This document shows positions 18,399 through 30,400 of a DNA stretch of 64,000 nt, piece after piece (position 1 is the stretch's first letter; every line of letters starts with the position of its first letter). Position numbers and translations under genes: made by a program. The notes beneath the pieces were generated by a model that ran no database searches, had not been told where the DNA came from, and saw only the letters and a program-made list of their open reading frames with translations. Origin of the DNA: Selaginella moellendorffii (lineage: Eukaryota; Plantae; Lycopodiophyta); contig NW_003314295.1 of NCBI RefSeq assembly GCF_000143415.4, positions 1,057,038-1,121,037 of the forward strand, read 5' to 3'.

Positions 18399-19420
18399 AT
18401 GGACCCCCAGGGATCGTTTCTCAATCAGATTCTGTGCTTGAAGCAAGAAATCGATCAGGTATGCGTGCCTGTTGCCTCGCATTCTAACTTTCTAGAGCAG
18501 TTAAACGTCAGGGTCGGGCTAGAGATCCGTGAGACGATAAGATTGGAATCAGAGCTAGTCCGGTGTGCCGAGGACACCCAGGAAGCTGTGAAGGATGAGA
18601 AAGAACTTCTAAGGACTTACGTGATTCGCGAGAACGAGTACTCGGACTTGCACGCCACATCAGGTACCTAGTCTTTTGTTGCTTGGCTGTGGCTATGCTG
18701 AGTGACGCTTAGTTGCCTTGGAGAAAGTAAACCAGGAAACTATGCACGACCTTTCGAAGCTCAAGTCTACGAGGGACGCGCTCAAAAAGAAGATCACTGA
18801 AGAACGGTAGCTTGAGTCATGGTCATGATGGATTTCCTCAATTCTTTTCTTTTTCTCTGACTCAGGGATACATTTATAGCGCACTGCAGGAAGTTTCAGC
18901 AAGCGCACGACGAAGCTTTTAGTGCTGCTTCGGTCCACCTCCGTCGCAGCATCAGAACCATGAATGAAGAAATCGTGTCTCGGGAAGCTTTGATCGCTGA
19001 GAAGAACCGACGGAATGACGGTGATTATGTCAGGTGCTTTTTGCGTGTGTGTTGCTGACACTGCTGAAGTGCATCTCAGAGTTACAGCAACAAGTAGATG
19101 CAGCTCAAGATCACAATTGCAGCTTGCTCATTGACATTGCTAATCTAAAGAAGGAGCTGCAAGTTGCGGAGTCAAAGAGGAAGCTAGAGTGAGTCTTCGA
19201 TTGTTTTTTTATAATCTTATAACAGAGCGACACGTTTGGACAGGCCCCTCGAGATTCTTGAGGAAGAAAAACGTCAGCTACAGGATTGTATTTTAGCTCT
19301 CAAATCCCGTTTAGCCAGCATACAAGGTACTATTGTTAAGGCTGTACCAACCCAATTTGATAACTCTGCTTTCCAGAAAGAAAGAGAGAGATCAGAATGT
19401 CCGATAAAGCTGGAAGCTAG
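18399..19420 (+). CDS. Multi-exon coiled-coil protein of unknown function (~220 aa)
   Basis: Exons join in frame through GT-AG introns: MDPQGSFLNQILCLKQEIDQ / LNVRVGLEIRE... / ...RDTFIAHCRKFQQ... / ELQQQVDAAQD... / PLEILEEEKRQLQD. The 3' end is uncertain. Confidence 0.55.
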
Positions 19421-19659
19421 TTCGGCAACTCGTGGGGCCTAGCAAGTGATAAGCTAACGCGTTCTGGTGGCTGTAAGGAAATTGCAGGTTCCTGTAGCCA
19501 TTGTGATCCAGTACGCCCTGTGGCTGAAAACACTCCCAAGGTGTGATATCTTTTTCCACGTAGAGCTTATTCTTTTCCTGGTTTTGAGTTGCACTTCCAT
19601 TGTGTGTAGCCGAAAAGTTGTACGAGGCTCATCTCGGGACGAAGTGAATCGTGCCAGAT

Positions 19660-21194
19660 ATGAGTGAAGAGGAAGCCAGGTTACCTCAGAGTTTGATGAG
19701 AGTCCTCCCTGACGACCCCTATGAGCAGCTGGATCTGGCAAGGAAGATTGCCTCTATGGCTCTTGCTACTAGAATGTCGGAATTAGAAAACCGCGTGGGT
19801 AGAATTCGGGAAAATCTTCACGAGAAAGACAATTTGATTGAGGACCTCGAGCGCAGAATTACCGATGCTGATCAAGCCATTCAAAGAGCAAACATTCGCA
19901 TCCTCAAAACGACAGACGATCAGGTTCGCATTGTTTCCTTCTCGCGATGATCTTTGAGCCTGTGTTTGTAGATAAGGCTATCCAAGGAAAACGAAGTGCT
20001 GCAAGGGACCATCACTAGATTGAGGCATGATGTTTCCAAGGTCCAAGCTATCCTCTCTTTCTAAATCGTGTCGAAGTAATCGTGGTCGACTGCAGATGGA
20101 GTCTGTTCGAAAGTCATTGGTCCATACATTGCAGCTGGATAATCCTGTAAGTTGACACTCTTTGTATATACTAAAAACCCTGACCAGCGGCATTATAGCA
20201 TCTACTCGATACCGCAGATGAAAAATCGTTTAGTCAAGAAAACAGGCTTAAAAAAGCCATGTCTATGGACAACTCCCCAAGATCACCTCTTCAGGAACCT
20301 ATCAGAACCCAAAGCTACGACAGAGTGCAAGGTAAGAGCTGCACTCCACTCGCCTAGTGCATCATACTTAATTTTTCACTTCCAGTGGAGGATGATATGC
20401 AATCTTCTAGCGTGGAAGATGCCAGGAGGCGAATGCTTCTTCTTAAAGCGCGCCCGGCTAGAAGGTCCATGTCCGACTTTGCCAAGACTCGCGCTCTGTC
20501 AGTACCACGACAGTTTGATCACGAATCAGATTGTAAGTTTTATTGAATTGGTTCTCCTGTAGCTTTGGGTGGCGTTGACTTTGTTTTGCTTGGTTGTCAG
20601 CTCCACTATCTCAAGAAGGAATCGCACTAACACCACCGATAAGTCCACCCAAAACATCCCCACCCAAGAGTCGGTCGGCAACAGGGTCCCCCGTGAAACA
20701 TAAGATTCCGGCACCGACACCGCCACAAAGACCGCGATATAGCGAGGCTGCTACAGCTCCTAGCTCTCCTCCTCGCTGTAAGTATTCGTCCTTTTGGAAA
20801 CTTTGCCATTAAACACGTCCAGTTGTTGCGCAGCCCCCTCGATGATGAAAGCCGATGGAAAGGAGTTTTTTCGGCAAGCAAAGTAAGACAGTGTCTTTTC
20901 TTTCCATTTTTCAGACGAAGACGAGCTGTTTTTTCTCCTTTTTTTTCCAGGAGCCGCCTTCCTTACGACCAGTTCCGTGCGTTGCTAAACACTATCAAAG
21001 AGCTCAATTCCCACCTGCGGACGCGAGAGGTACGTACCACCAAACTGGGGAATAAAAAGAGAGAAAAGGTGTGGCATACACTGACTGGTTGTGTTCGTGT
21101 TGTGTGCCAGGATGCCTTGAGAAAAGCGGACGAGATATTTGGAACAGAAAACAAGGATTTGTATGCGTTTCTCTGCCAGCACCTCCCTTCCTAA
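19660..21194 (+). CDS. At4g15545/NAIP-like coiled-coil protein
   Basis: N-terminal LPDDPYEQLDLARKIASMA; C-terminal DGKEFFRQARSRLPYDQFRALLNTIKELNSH...LRKADEIFGTENKDLY. Confidence 0.82.
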
Positions 21195-21202
21195 GGTAAC
21201 AA

Positions 21203-21259
21203 CAAGTCTTTCAATCTTGTCAGTGATCTTCCAAGTCTTTCAATCTTGTCGGTGATCTT
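21203..21259. repeat. Two-copy ~29 bp tandem duplication
   Basis: caagtctttcaatcttgtc(a/g)gtgatctt twice in tandem, between the NAIP-like stop and the PPR ATG. Confidence 0.85.
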
Positions 21260-21348
21260 ACAACTTCTTTCGCACGGACAAAGCGAGGCAATGCCGAGAC
21301 AACGACGCTCCTCTTCTTTCTTCCAAGATTGATGAAGGACAAAACGCA

Positions 21349-22944
21349 ATGGAAGTCCTTGTCCGCAACAACAACATCGCTCTGGCCAGGTGTTTCGCCG
21401 ATGCGCGGCTCGACGACGCGCGCGCCACCTTTTCTGCAATGCAAGAATGCGACGTCGTGTCCTACAACACGCTGCTGTCCGGCTATGCCCGAAACGGGCA
21501 TCTGCGGGAAGCGCAAGAGGTCTTCGCCCAGATGCCCGAGCACGACCGCATCTCGTGGAACGCGATCATCGCCGCGCACGCCCGCGCCGGCGATGCCGCT
21601 GGTGCGCAGCGCCTCTTCGATCGCTCGCCCGAGAGGAGCATTGTCTCGTGGTCCGCGCTCCTCCACGCAAATGCCCAAAGCGGAAATCTGGCGAGTGCCA
21701 CCGCGCTCTTCGATCGCATGCCCGAGTGGAACGTCGTGGTGTGGAACACGATGCTCGAGTGCCATGCCCGGCGCGGAAATCTGCGAGCGCTGGCGGATCT
21801 CTTCGACGCGATGCCGGCGCGCGACGTGGTGTCGTGGAACACTGCGGTGGTGGCATTTGCGCGGCACGGGCGGATCGATCGGGCGCGGGAGATCTTCGCC
21901 GCTGCGCCCGCGCGATCGGCCGCGTCCTGGGCTGCGATGATCCAGGCGCTCGGTGGCGAGCGAGAACAAGCCGAGGAGCTCTTCGCCCAGATCCCGGAGG
22001 TGAGCATCGCGTGTTGCAACGCTATGGCGGCAGCGCGGGCTCGCGGTGGCGACTCGGAGGGAGTGATAGCTCTGCTCGATTCTATACCCGATCACGACGC
22101 TGCGTCGTGGACGCTTCTACTACACGATTGCGCGCGCTCTGGCAAGCTCGAGCAAGCGAAATCCACATTCGATCGCATGCCAAGAAGAGATCTAGTAGCC
22201 TGGAACGCGCTTATCTCCGCATATGCCCAAAATGGGCATTTTTATGAAGTAAAACACTTCTTTGATTCCATGCCTGAGAGAGATCTCGTGTCGTGGAACA
22301 TACTTCTAGGCTGCTACTCGGAAGCAAAAGAGGCAAATATTGCAAATCATCTCTTTGCTACAATGCCAGAGAAGGATTCCATCTCCTGGAATTCTCTCCT
22401 CTCTGCAGAAGCCCAGACATGGCATCTGTCCCAGTCGAAGCTCTTCTTCGAGCGAATGCCGGAACTCACTCCGGTTTCTTGGAGTTGCCTGGTTGCCGCC
22501 TACAGCCACTTTGGGCGGTCCCAAGACGCGATTCTTTCCTTCCGCTCGATGCTCCTCGCAGGCCACGGTGCCAACCAGATTGCTCTCTCGGCAGTTCTTG
22601 CTGCCTGTTCTCGAGCTGGATTGCTTCTCCCGGTGTGGAACCACTTCACCTCGGCCCAGGTGGATCACTGCCTGTCTCCGGACGCGTACAACTACTTCTC
22701 CGTCCTGGACGTGCTCGCGAGATCGGGACAGCTCCAGGCTGCGGTGGATCTTTTCCACAGCATGCCGTTTGCTCCCACCATCCCGGCATGGACGTGCCTT
22801 TTTACTGCCGTTCTCAAAGCCGATCAAAACTTCTGTCCCTTGCTCGTGTCACGCTACTGCCACTACGCGTCGGCCTCTTGCCGCAAGAATCCTGATTCGT
22901 TTGGCAGCGCGGACGAAGTTCCTGCAAGCCACACGACAGAGTGA
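21349..22944 (+). CDS. PLS-class pentatricopeptide repeat protein, intronless, E domain truncated, no DYW
   Basis: Tandem ~31-aa motifs (FDRMPRRDLVAWNALISAYAQNG) followed by the start of an E domain (MPFAPTIPAWTCLF). Confidence 0.9.
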   Translation: MEVLVRNNNIALARCFADARLDDARATFSAMQECDVVSYNTLLSGYARNGHLREAQEVFAQMPEHDRISWNAIIAAHARAGDAAGAQRLFDRSPERSIVSWSALLHANAQSGNLASATALFDRMPEWNVVVWNTMLECHARRGNLRALADLFDAMPARDVVSWNTAVVAFARHGRIDRAREIFAAAPARSAASWAAMIQALGGEREQAEELFAQIPEVSIACCNAMAAARARGGDSEGVIALLDSIPDHDAASWTLLLHDCARSGKLEQAKSTFDRMPRRDLVAWNALISAYAQNGHFYEVKHFFDSMPERDLVSWNILLGCYSEAKEANIANHLFATMPEKDSISWNSLLSAEAQTWHLSQSKLFFERMPELTPVSWSCLVAAYSHFGRSQDAILSFRSMLLAGHGANQIALSAVLAACSRAGLLLPVWNHFTSAQVDHCLSPDAYNYFSVLDVLARSGQLQAAVDLFHSMPFAPTIPAWTCLFTAVLKADQNFCPLLVSRYCHYASASCRKNPDSFGSADEVPASHTTE

Positions 22945-24539
22945 GAACGAAGCACAGTAGCAGCAGAGCTGGAAAGAATCGCAGAGCACGAAAAAGGTGA
23001 CTTACACGTACTCAAGCAGCAGGAATTGACAAAGCACAGCCAAACCAGGAAGAGAGACATTCACAGTGTTTTCGCGGAGGAAACTGTAAAAGATGCGAGC
23101 ACCACCTCCAGGAGAGATCACCGGCGAGGAGGAGGTCACCCTCGGCGTCCTCGTACGCGATAATGTGGTGCGGGATTGCGTTAGAGAGGCTGCAAGCTTG
23201 CTCCGCCGCCGCTGTGGAGGCTTCCTCCTCCGATCCGAACATCGATCGTAGTGCCGCTGCGAAGCTGCCATAGCCATCGTAGTCACTCAGGCAAATCCTC
23301 CCATCTATGGAGCGTCCCTCCATGACGACAGTGATGACTCGGGTCTGCTCCGGCGGACGTCCCAGGAATAAGTTCTCCCTACCACCTACAGTTGCAACTT
23401 TAGACTAGAATTTTTCCACATCTTTGCGATGGATGATGAAATGAGTACCTGGGTTGTGGAGACCGAGTCCCACACTGCTGGAAGGAAGATTCCAGCCCTG
23501 CTGCGGCAAAGGAAAGTTCATGTCTGGCCGGAAGTTGGCGTTCAAGCCAGTGAAGTAGCTCGCTGTTTGGTTCTTCCAGCCATGAGATAAGACCAGCGAG
23601 CTCGACGGCAGTGCCACTGCCTGGCTCATTTCCGGTCGCCACTCGACAAAGCTTTTGCCTTCGGCTTTCTTAGAACCGATGGTCCTGGCGTTGCCATTGT
23701 CCGTCACGTCCTGGCTCATCAAGCCCGCGCCGTGGTGCTCCTCCGGACGACCGAGAAACGGCGACTTCTCGTGCGGAATGCTCGTCGGCCGGATCACTGA
23801 CGTGGGGAGGCGTAACTCTGGCCGGAACTGCGGCGGAGGATAGCTGTAAGGTGGTGGCTGCCTGAATCCCGCCGCTGGGACAGTTGATGGATCCACTGGC
23901 TGTTGCTGTAGCCACCAAGCTGATGCTGATGCTGCTGCTGATGGTGCTGCTGCTGCTCCAGCCGTGTTTGGATCGTGCTGGGAATTATGAGGATCACCTG
24001 GAGTTGACTTGTCCAGATTGCCTGTAGCTCCTCCTGGGCCCTGCTGTTGATCCGGAGAATGCTTTCCACCATCGCCGAGATCCTGCTGCTGATCAGGAGA
24101 CTTTTGAGCCACTGCTCCTCCCCCACTCCTCCGTCTCTTCTTCTTCTTCTTTTCGTCTCCCGCGGCCTTATCCGCCTCCGGGGAGGATCCACTCGTCTTC
24201 TCCAGATCCAAGTTTTGCAGGCCAGCGATCGTGGAAGCTCGCTGATCCAAGCTCGTCTGGCGGTGACACGGCGAGCTGCCAGAATTCGAGACCGACTGAG
24301 ATGGAGAGCCCGGGTCCTGTGCCGGCTGCTTGTCTTTCACGGAAGAAACCATGGAGGACCACCACTGGTACTGCAACTTGCTCGAGAGTTCCTCTTCCAG
24401 TAGTGTTGACTAGAGGCTATGACGGAGTCACACTCACCAGTCGTAGCAGCATCCATGATTGTTTCGGCCAAGCATTCTCTGGCTGTTGGTGGTGCCGCTC
24501 GTGATTCTCCTCCTCTCGAGTACAATCATCCAAATCCAT
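22849..24539 (-). CDS. Non-canonical Aux/IAA, IAA33-like (PB1 domain, no GWPP degron), with a long low-complexity N-terminus
   Basis: VITVVMEGRSIDGRICL...LSNAIPHHIIAYEDAEGDLLLAGDLSWR|NFVRAAKRIRIL closely follows the IAA33-type PB1 domain. Last exon 22921-22849. The upstream ORF 23449-24370 joins through an intron with its donor at 23448. Proposed ATG at 24539 (5' structure less certain). Confidence 0.82.
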
Positions 24540-25429
24540 TCCTGCAAAGCAAAGGAAATGGATGATGAGTGTACCGATTCCAATCGAACTTCCCAAAAGC
24601 ACACGTACATCATCTCACAGTGCTGCTGCCGTGTTCTCGAGTGAATCCAGCCCACACCATCCACATTTCTCCATCGCGAATGCGCCGCGCGGATCGGAGA
24701 AGCAAAGAATACCGGTGGATGCTCCAGGAAATTAGAAGGAATGAAAGCGAGGTCCGAAGAAAACGTGCATAAAAGATGGGGCAATCTCCCAAATATTTTC
24801 GCCCATACGCGAATCACCTCACACTCGTCGAGATCATGTCGCGAGCGATCCAAGATCCTGCAAAGCACGCGCAGGATCTCTCGTGAGGCGGTCGCTCGCG
24901 CGCTCGCTGGCTGTGCCGCAATCAATCAATCCCACTTGATCGATCGCCCGCGCTTACCTCTCGCTCTCGCAATCACGGGCGCTCCTCTCGGGCAATAAAA
25001 TCCATCCATCTCTTGAATGCGATGCGATGCCACTAGAGAAGAAGAATAGCTAGAAAAGAAAAAGAGAGGGGGAAAAACCTACAAAGCTTGTTTGTTGTTG
25101 TGAAAGATCTGGCCTTCTTTCTTTCTTGCGCTGCCGCCGTCCCAAAACGGCAGGTCCCCAAAATGCCGCCCTCGCATCCCGGCCGTCCAAACTAGGGCTG
25201 GCGTCAAGCACGGTCGTTTAGTTAAATACGTGGAATTTGACTTTGTCGGATTCATGTTGTGGACGTGGGTTTGGGGTTTGCAGTCAAAGACGCTGCACCC
25301 CACCAACGTGACACCACCCTATAAATCTCTGTTCTTTGTTTGGTTTGATCTTGCTGACGTCACAACCAAGGCATGGGTTTTCAAACAGTTGACATTGGCA
25401 TGCTTTAGACATATCATCATGTAATGTAG

Positions 25430-26950
25430 TTCCCTTTTTTTTTTATTATTATATGAAAGCTCTCCATCCTCTCTTATTCATGATTATTCACAATATATTC
25501 TTTAGGCACTACGTAAAAAGCATAAAATTCACCTCACTCTAGTCCCTATAGTCTTCACTTTCAATTTAAAACTTTTAAACCAAAAGAAATGGTTGGTTCT
25601 CTTGGTTCTAAATAATAGCTTTAATTTGATAGAAATAAACAATAGCATAACAACTCAAAATAATTTACCACATATGCATTTGGAAAGGTAAATTTAAATA
25701 TTGACTTTGCTGCTATTAGAATTTGTCATAGATAAAACCCAAACACTATCATCAACTTGGATTTTGTAAAAGTAATGATCATTTACAAAAACATTACTGA
25801 TAATAAATAATAAGTAAATAATTCTTTTTTGTCATTTAAAATAATAAATAATTTAAATGATGAAAGAAAACCAAGTTATACTTTTGAAATTTATTAAATA
25901 GTTATAATTTTTTAAATTTTTTGGATTAACATAAAATATACTTAGATATTCTGGGATATTCTACCATCTAAGTTGTTCTTTATTATATTAATCTTATATA
26001 TTCTTAAATTATAGACATGTTTATCATTTATAAGCTATCTAAACACTAGTATATTTTAGTTTATTCACCATCTAATGGTTGATATATGATAAAATTTAAC
26101 CTTCTATTTATAAACTATAAGTAAGTTTATAATTATAAACTTCCAATTTGATCAATTAGATTAATACATAATAAGTACTACTATTAAGCAAACCAAATTT
26201 TGCTATATGCAGCAAATCATTACTATAATTTGAGTTTTTTTAACATTTTTTATCAACCAAATATCAAATATTCATATTTAAATATTAACTTTTTTGGAAA
26301 CCTTGAAAAAACTTTTTTAAAAAATTTATTTTTTAATATAAAATATATTTTAAATTTTTTTACTAAATTCTATAATCTCCCCATAAATGCTTCCCTACTA
26401 TGAGTACTTTGTGCCTTTCATAGGATGCATCAAGTAAAAAAATAACATGACCTTCAACTCTATATAATCTTTTTTTTTATTAGTGATATTGTTAGTGTTC
26501 CCAAGCTTGGAAATTGAGTCATTCATCAAAGTCTTAATTAAAAATGAGTTTCATGCATCCCCAAAAGAAATTTTGTAAAAGAAGGAACTTTTAACACTTT
26601 ATTCTATACACTCTATTATTGATATGGCACTAGAATTAGGGGATATTGGTAAAACTTAGTATTCCCCCCTAAAACCCCTTGTTCCATGCACCTTATTACT
26701 ACTGATATAAACATTGGAATTAGGGGTAATGGGAACACCCTAAAATTTCTCCTAGTTAGACCAAACTAATAAAATAAAAATTGGCAATTATTACTTATAA
26801 AAAAAAAATTAACTAAATCGGGAAAAGCTATTTTAATGATATAGTGCATGAATGGAAAAAGAATCATCCTTAAAGTTAAGAATAAAATCATAACTTATTA
26901 CTTTAATAATTGGATCTAAAGAACCAAAATGACAATCCTAATGCTAAGTA
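25430..26950. other. AT-rich, CpG-depleted block (probable decayed TE insertion)
   Basis: Abrupt compositional switch between GC-balanced genic DNA on both sides; almost no CG dinucleotides; no credible ORF. Confidence 0.5.
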
Positions 26951-27449
26951 TAATGGAGTCTCTTCCTCTCAGGTCCCGCGGCAGAGCAGCCGCTGGGCGG
27001 CGCATGGTCAAGCTTTGAGTTACTTTTTCAGCAAGCTCAAAGTCCCTGCCTTTCTAGCTCAAGCATCCGATTCCCATCAAAAGCAGCAGCTAGAGGAGGA
27101 GTACGCTGATGATCAACACACACGGAATCAATCAGCAATCCTCTTCCTCCGGAACAGCCCGATCGTCATTGGGATCGTCGGGGTCGTCGTCGGACACAAA
27201 AGTTCAATAGTAGATTATAAAGATTATCAATTCGAAATTTATACATTGGAATAAAATTTTTACAAAATTTTCAATTTTCAACTTCTTAACAACAATGTAT
27301 AAGATGCTTAAAAAAAATTTCAATTTTCAACTTCTTAACAAAATTACATTTTAATTTTACAAGTGAAACAGGCAACACTTATTTCAATTGAACTTTGTCA
27401 ATTAGTGGGTTGAAGATAGATTCAGTATAAGTATAAGCCAATACAAACT

Positions 27450-30400
27450 TTAGACACGCTGCCGCTTGTTCCTTCTTGTGCTTCTCCCTGTGTCATTCTG
27501 GAACTTCTTCTCGTAGCTCTCGTCACTGTCACTTGGATTGGCTTCCTCTTCTTCGTCTTCTTCATCCTCCTCTTCTTCTACTACTTCCTCCTCCTCCACC
27601 TCTCCTTGTTCTTCTTCTTCCTCTTGTTCTTGTTCTTCTTCGTCTTCTTGTCCTCCTTGTTCTTCTTCCTCCTCCTCTTCCTCCTCGGACTCGTGTTGCT
27701 GCTGCTGCTGCTGTTGGCTCGATCTCTTCCGTTTCAGCTTTCTCCAGTCTTGCGACTGCTGCGAGCTCTCGGGCTTGTCCTCGGTGCTGGACGTCGGCGC
27801 CTCGCTCTCGGAATCCTTGGCGTTGGCGTAGCGAGTCTTTACGACAGTCTCCCTGTATCTCGTACGCACTTTTAAAACGATCGGACCTTTGCTGCTGCTG
27901 TTGCCTGCTGATCCGCTTCTCCTGGAGCCCGTCTGTGGTGTCGACGACAATTCCCGAAGGCTCGACCTTGTCCTCTTTGATAACGCCACCTCCGTCACGT
28001 CTTGTCCGTCCTCCACGGCCTTGAGCCACTGCGAGTCGCTGAGAATGTCCGAGTAGATCACTTCCTTTCTCTTCCGTTTGCCTTCGAGTGGAGTGGAGTC
28101 GTTGTTTGTGGCAATGTCGTCGGTCTTGAGAAACACCCACTCGGGCACCTCGTGTTCCTCCATCAGCCGAGGCCTGTATCCTTCGTCCTTGCGTCTCTCC
28201 TCGTCCATCTCCTCGAAGAGCTCGAATTCCTCCTCGGACGACGCCGTCACGCGGTTGATCTCCCGCTCGCTTGGGACGTCCGCCGACAAGTTGGACGTTC
28301 CTTTTCTCATGATCTCCTCTAGAAGTTCCCGCCTCTCCTGAGCTGGAAGAACACCGAAAGCGTGAGTTAGAAATAGGAAAAACAAAGGTTATAAAACGTT
28401 ACGGGTGGATGTGGTGTTGAAAAGCCCAGCCTGGATAACTTTTGCGTCGATTCCCATCTTTGACTTTGCTCGCTCCAAGATCTCCTCCTCGATAGATCCC
28501 ACACTGACGAGCACGAAGACGTGAACTTCCTTCTTCTGTCCGATACGGTGCGCTCTGTCCTCTGCCTGCTGATCCATCTGTGGATTCCAATCGCTGTCGA
28601 AAATAATAACTGTGTCTGCTGTCTGAAGATTGAGCCCGAGGCCACCAGCACGGGTGCTCAGAAGAAACATAAAATATGGGGAGTCCTCCGCATTAAACAT
28701 TTGAAGCTTTTTGCCACGGTCCTCCGTCTTTGTCGTCCCATCAAGCCGTAGATAAGTAAATCCGCGCGTCGTCAAGTACATTTCCAATAAATCCATCAGA
28801 CGAGTCATCTGAGAAAATAGCAGCACCCTGTGTCCGGTCTTTTGGAGCTTGGGCAGCAACCGGTCTAAGAGCTCAAACTTGCCGGACGCGCGAATAATCT
28901 CGTCACGGTCTCGTGGTTCGTAATCCTTGTTGAGAAACAGGTAAGGGTGATTACAGCATTTCCGGAGCTGCATCACCGTGTTTTGCAGCCCCACTTGCTT
29001 TTTTCCAGAGCCTAGATTTCAAAACAGTTAGAGCAACAACTACAAAACAAAACGAATGACGAGAACCTACCAGTAAGCAGTCCAACACGACGAGATTCGA
29101 TCATTTGTTGATAATAAAGTTTCTGCCATGCGGAAAGGTCGCATTTTAGCATCACTTGCGTCTTTGTAGGTAGAAATTTTTCCACTTCAGACTTCTTTCT
29201 TCTCAACAAAAAGGGCCGAAGGACCTGTGAAAATTACGTTTTAAACTAAAAAGAGAAGGAAGAAGGAAGTCGTACCTGATGCAAACGCCTTATAATCAAA
29301 AGTTGTTCTTCTTCTGTAAGAGAAACTTCCGCTCGATCGGCAAATGGTGCATTAAACCATTCCTCAAAATTCCCGCTAGAATTGAAAATTGCAGGTAAAA
29401 TGAAGTTCAATAGAGACCATAGTTCTTGTAGACTGTTTTGAATGGGTGTTCCTGTTAAGAGCAATCTCCGCCTTATGTGATACCTGCACAAACACATAAT
29501 TAATACCAGAACAACGCAAGCAGCAATCTTACCCGGCAGAAAGTGTTCGAGCGAGCATACAGTCGTGATTTTTCAGACGATGCCCCTCATCGACAACCAT
29601 GTAATGCCAACGAATCTTTTTAAGAAACTGTTTGTCACGCATTATTAGATCGTAGTGTGTTATAAGCACGTTGAAAGATCCTTCACCGGCATGTTGCTCT
29701 CTGAGAATTCTGCGATCTTCGGCACGACCATCATACATAACTACGGAAACACTGTCCAAAAAAATCCAACAAGGTTCAAGCGAAAACTTATAAAACAAGT
29801 CGGAAACATTACCTCGGGACCCAAGTACTAAACTCGTGAGCCCAGTTCGGTAAGACAGCCTTGGGTGCTACGATGATATGTGGACCATTCAGGCCCTTGT
29901 TCTCAATAAGGTATGCAAATAAAGCAATGGTCTGTATAGTCTTACCCAAACCCATCTCATCGGCCAGTATCCCGTTCAAGTTATTGTTATAGAGGGAGAG
30001 CATCCATTGGAGTCCCTCAATCTGATAAATTCTCAGTTGCCCTCCTTCCAGCATTGCAGGTTGTTCAGTGACCTGCAAGAAAAAGTGTCAAGCTAAACAT
30101 TAAATAACTGAAACGGAAAACTTGCCTGCTCCTCAATCTGGTGAACAGCAGAATTGTACTGCCTTTGTCCTTCAAGATAGTCTCTCTTTTTAGTATCAAC
30201 GTCACCCTTCCCAGATTCAGGTTTGGATTTCGGAGATGACAAGCTCGACGGATCTTTCGTTGCATCTCGATTCCGGTCCTTGTGCTTATCCCGTTTGTTA
30301 AAAGCTTCAACCGGGTCTGTATCCTTTTGCTCTTGAACCATGGCACCCAGACGCTGCAGTAAGTCATCTGTTTTTGATAACAGTGTCGTCAGCCGCTCAT

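Noticed and set aside
27264-27342. ~28-bp near-tandem duplication (ttcaattttcaacttcttaacaa)
   Set aside because: Ordinary local duplication in AT-rich 3' flank; no functional sign.
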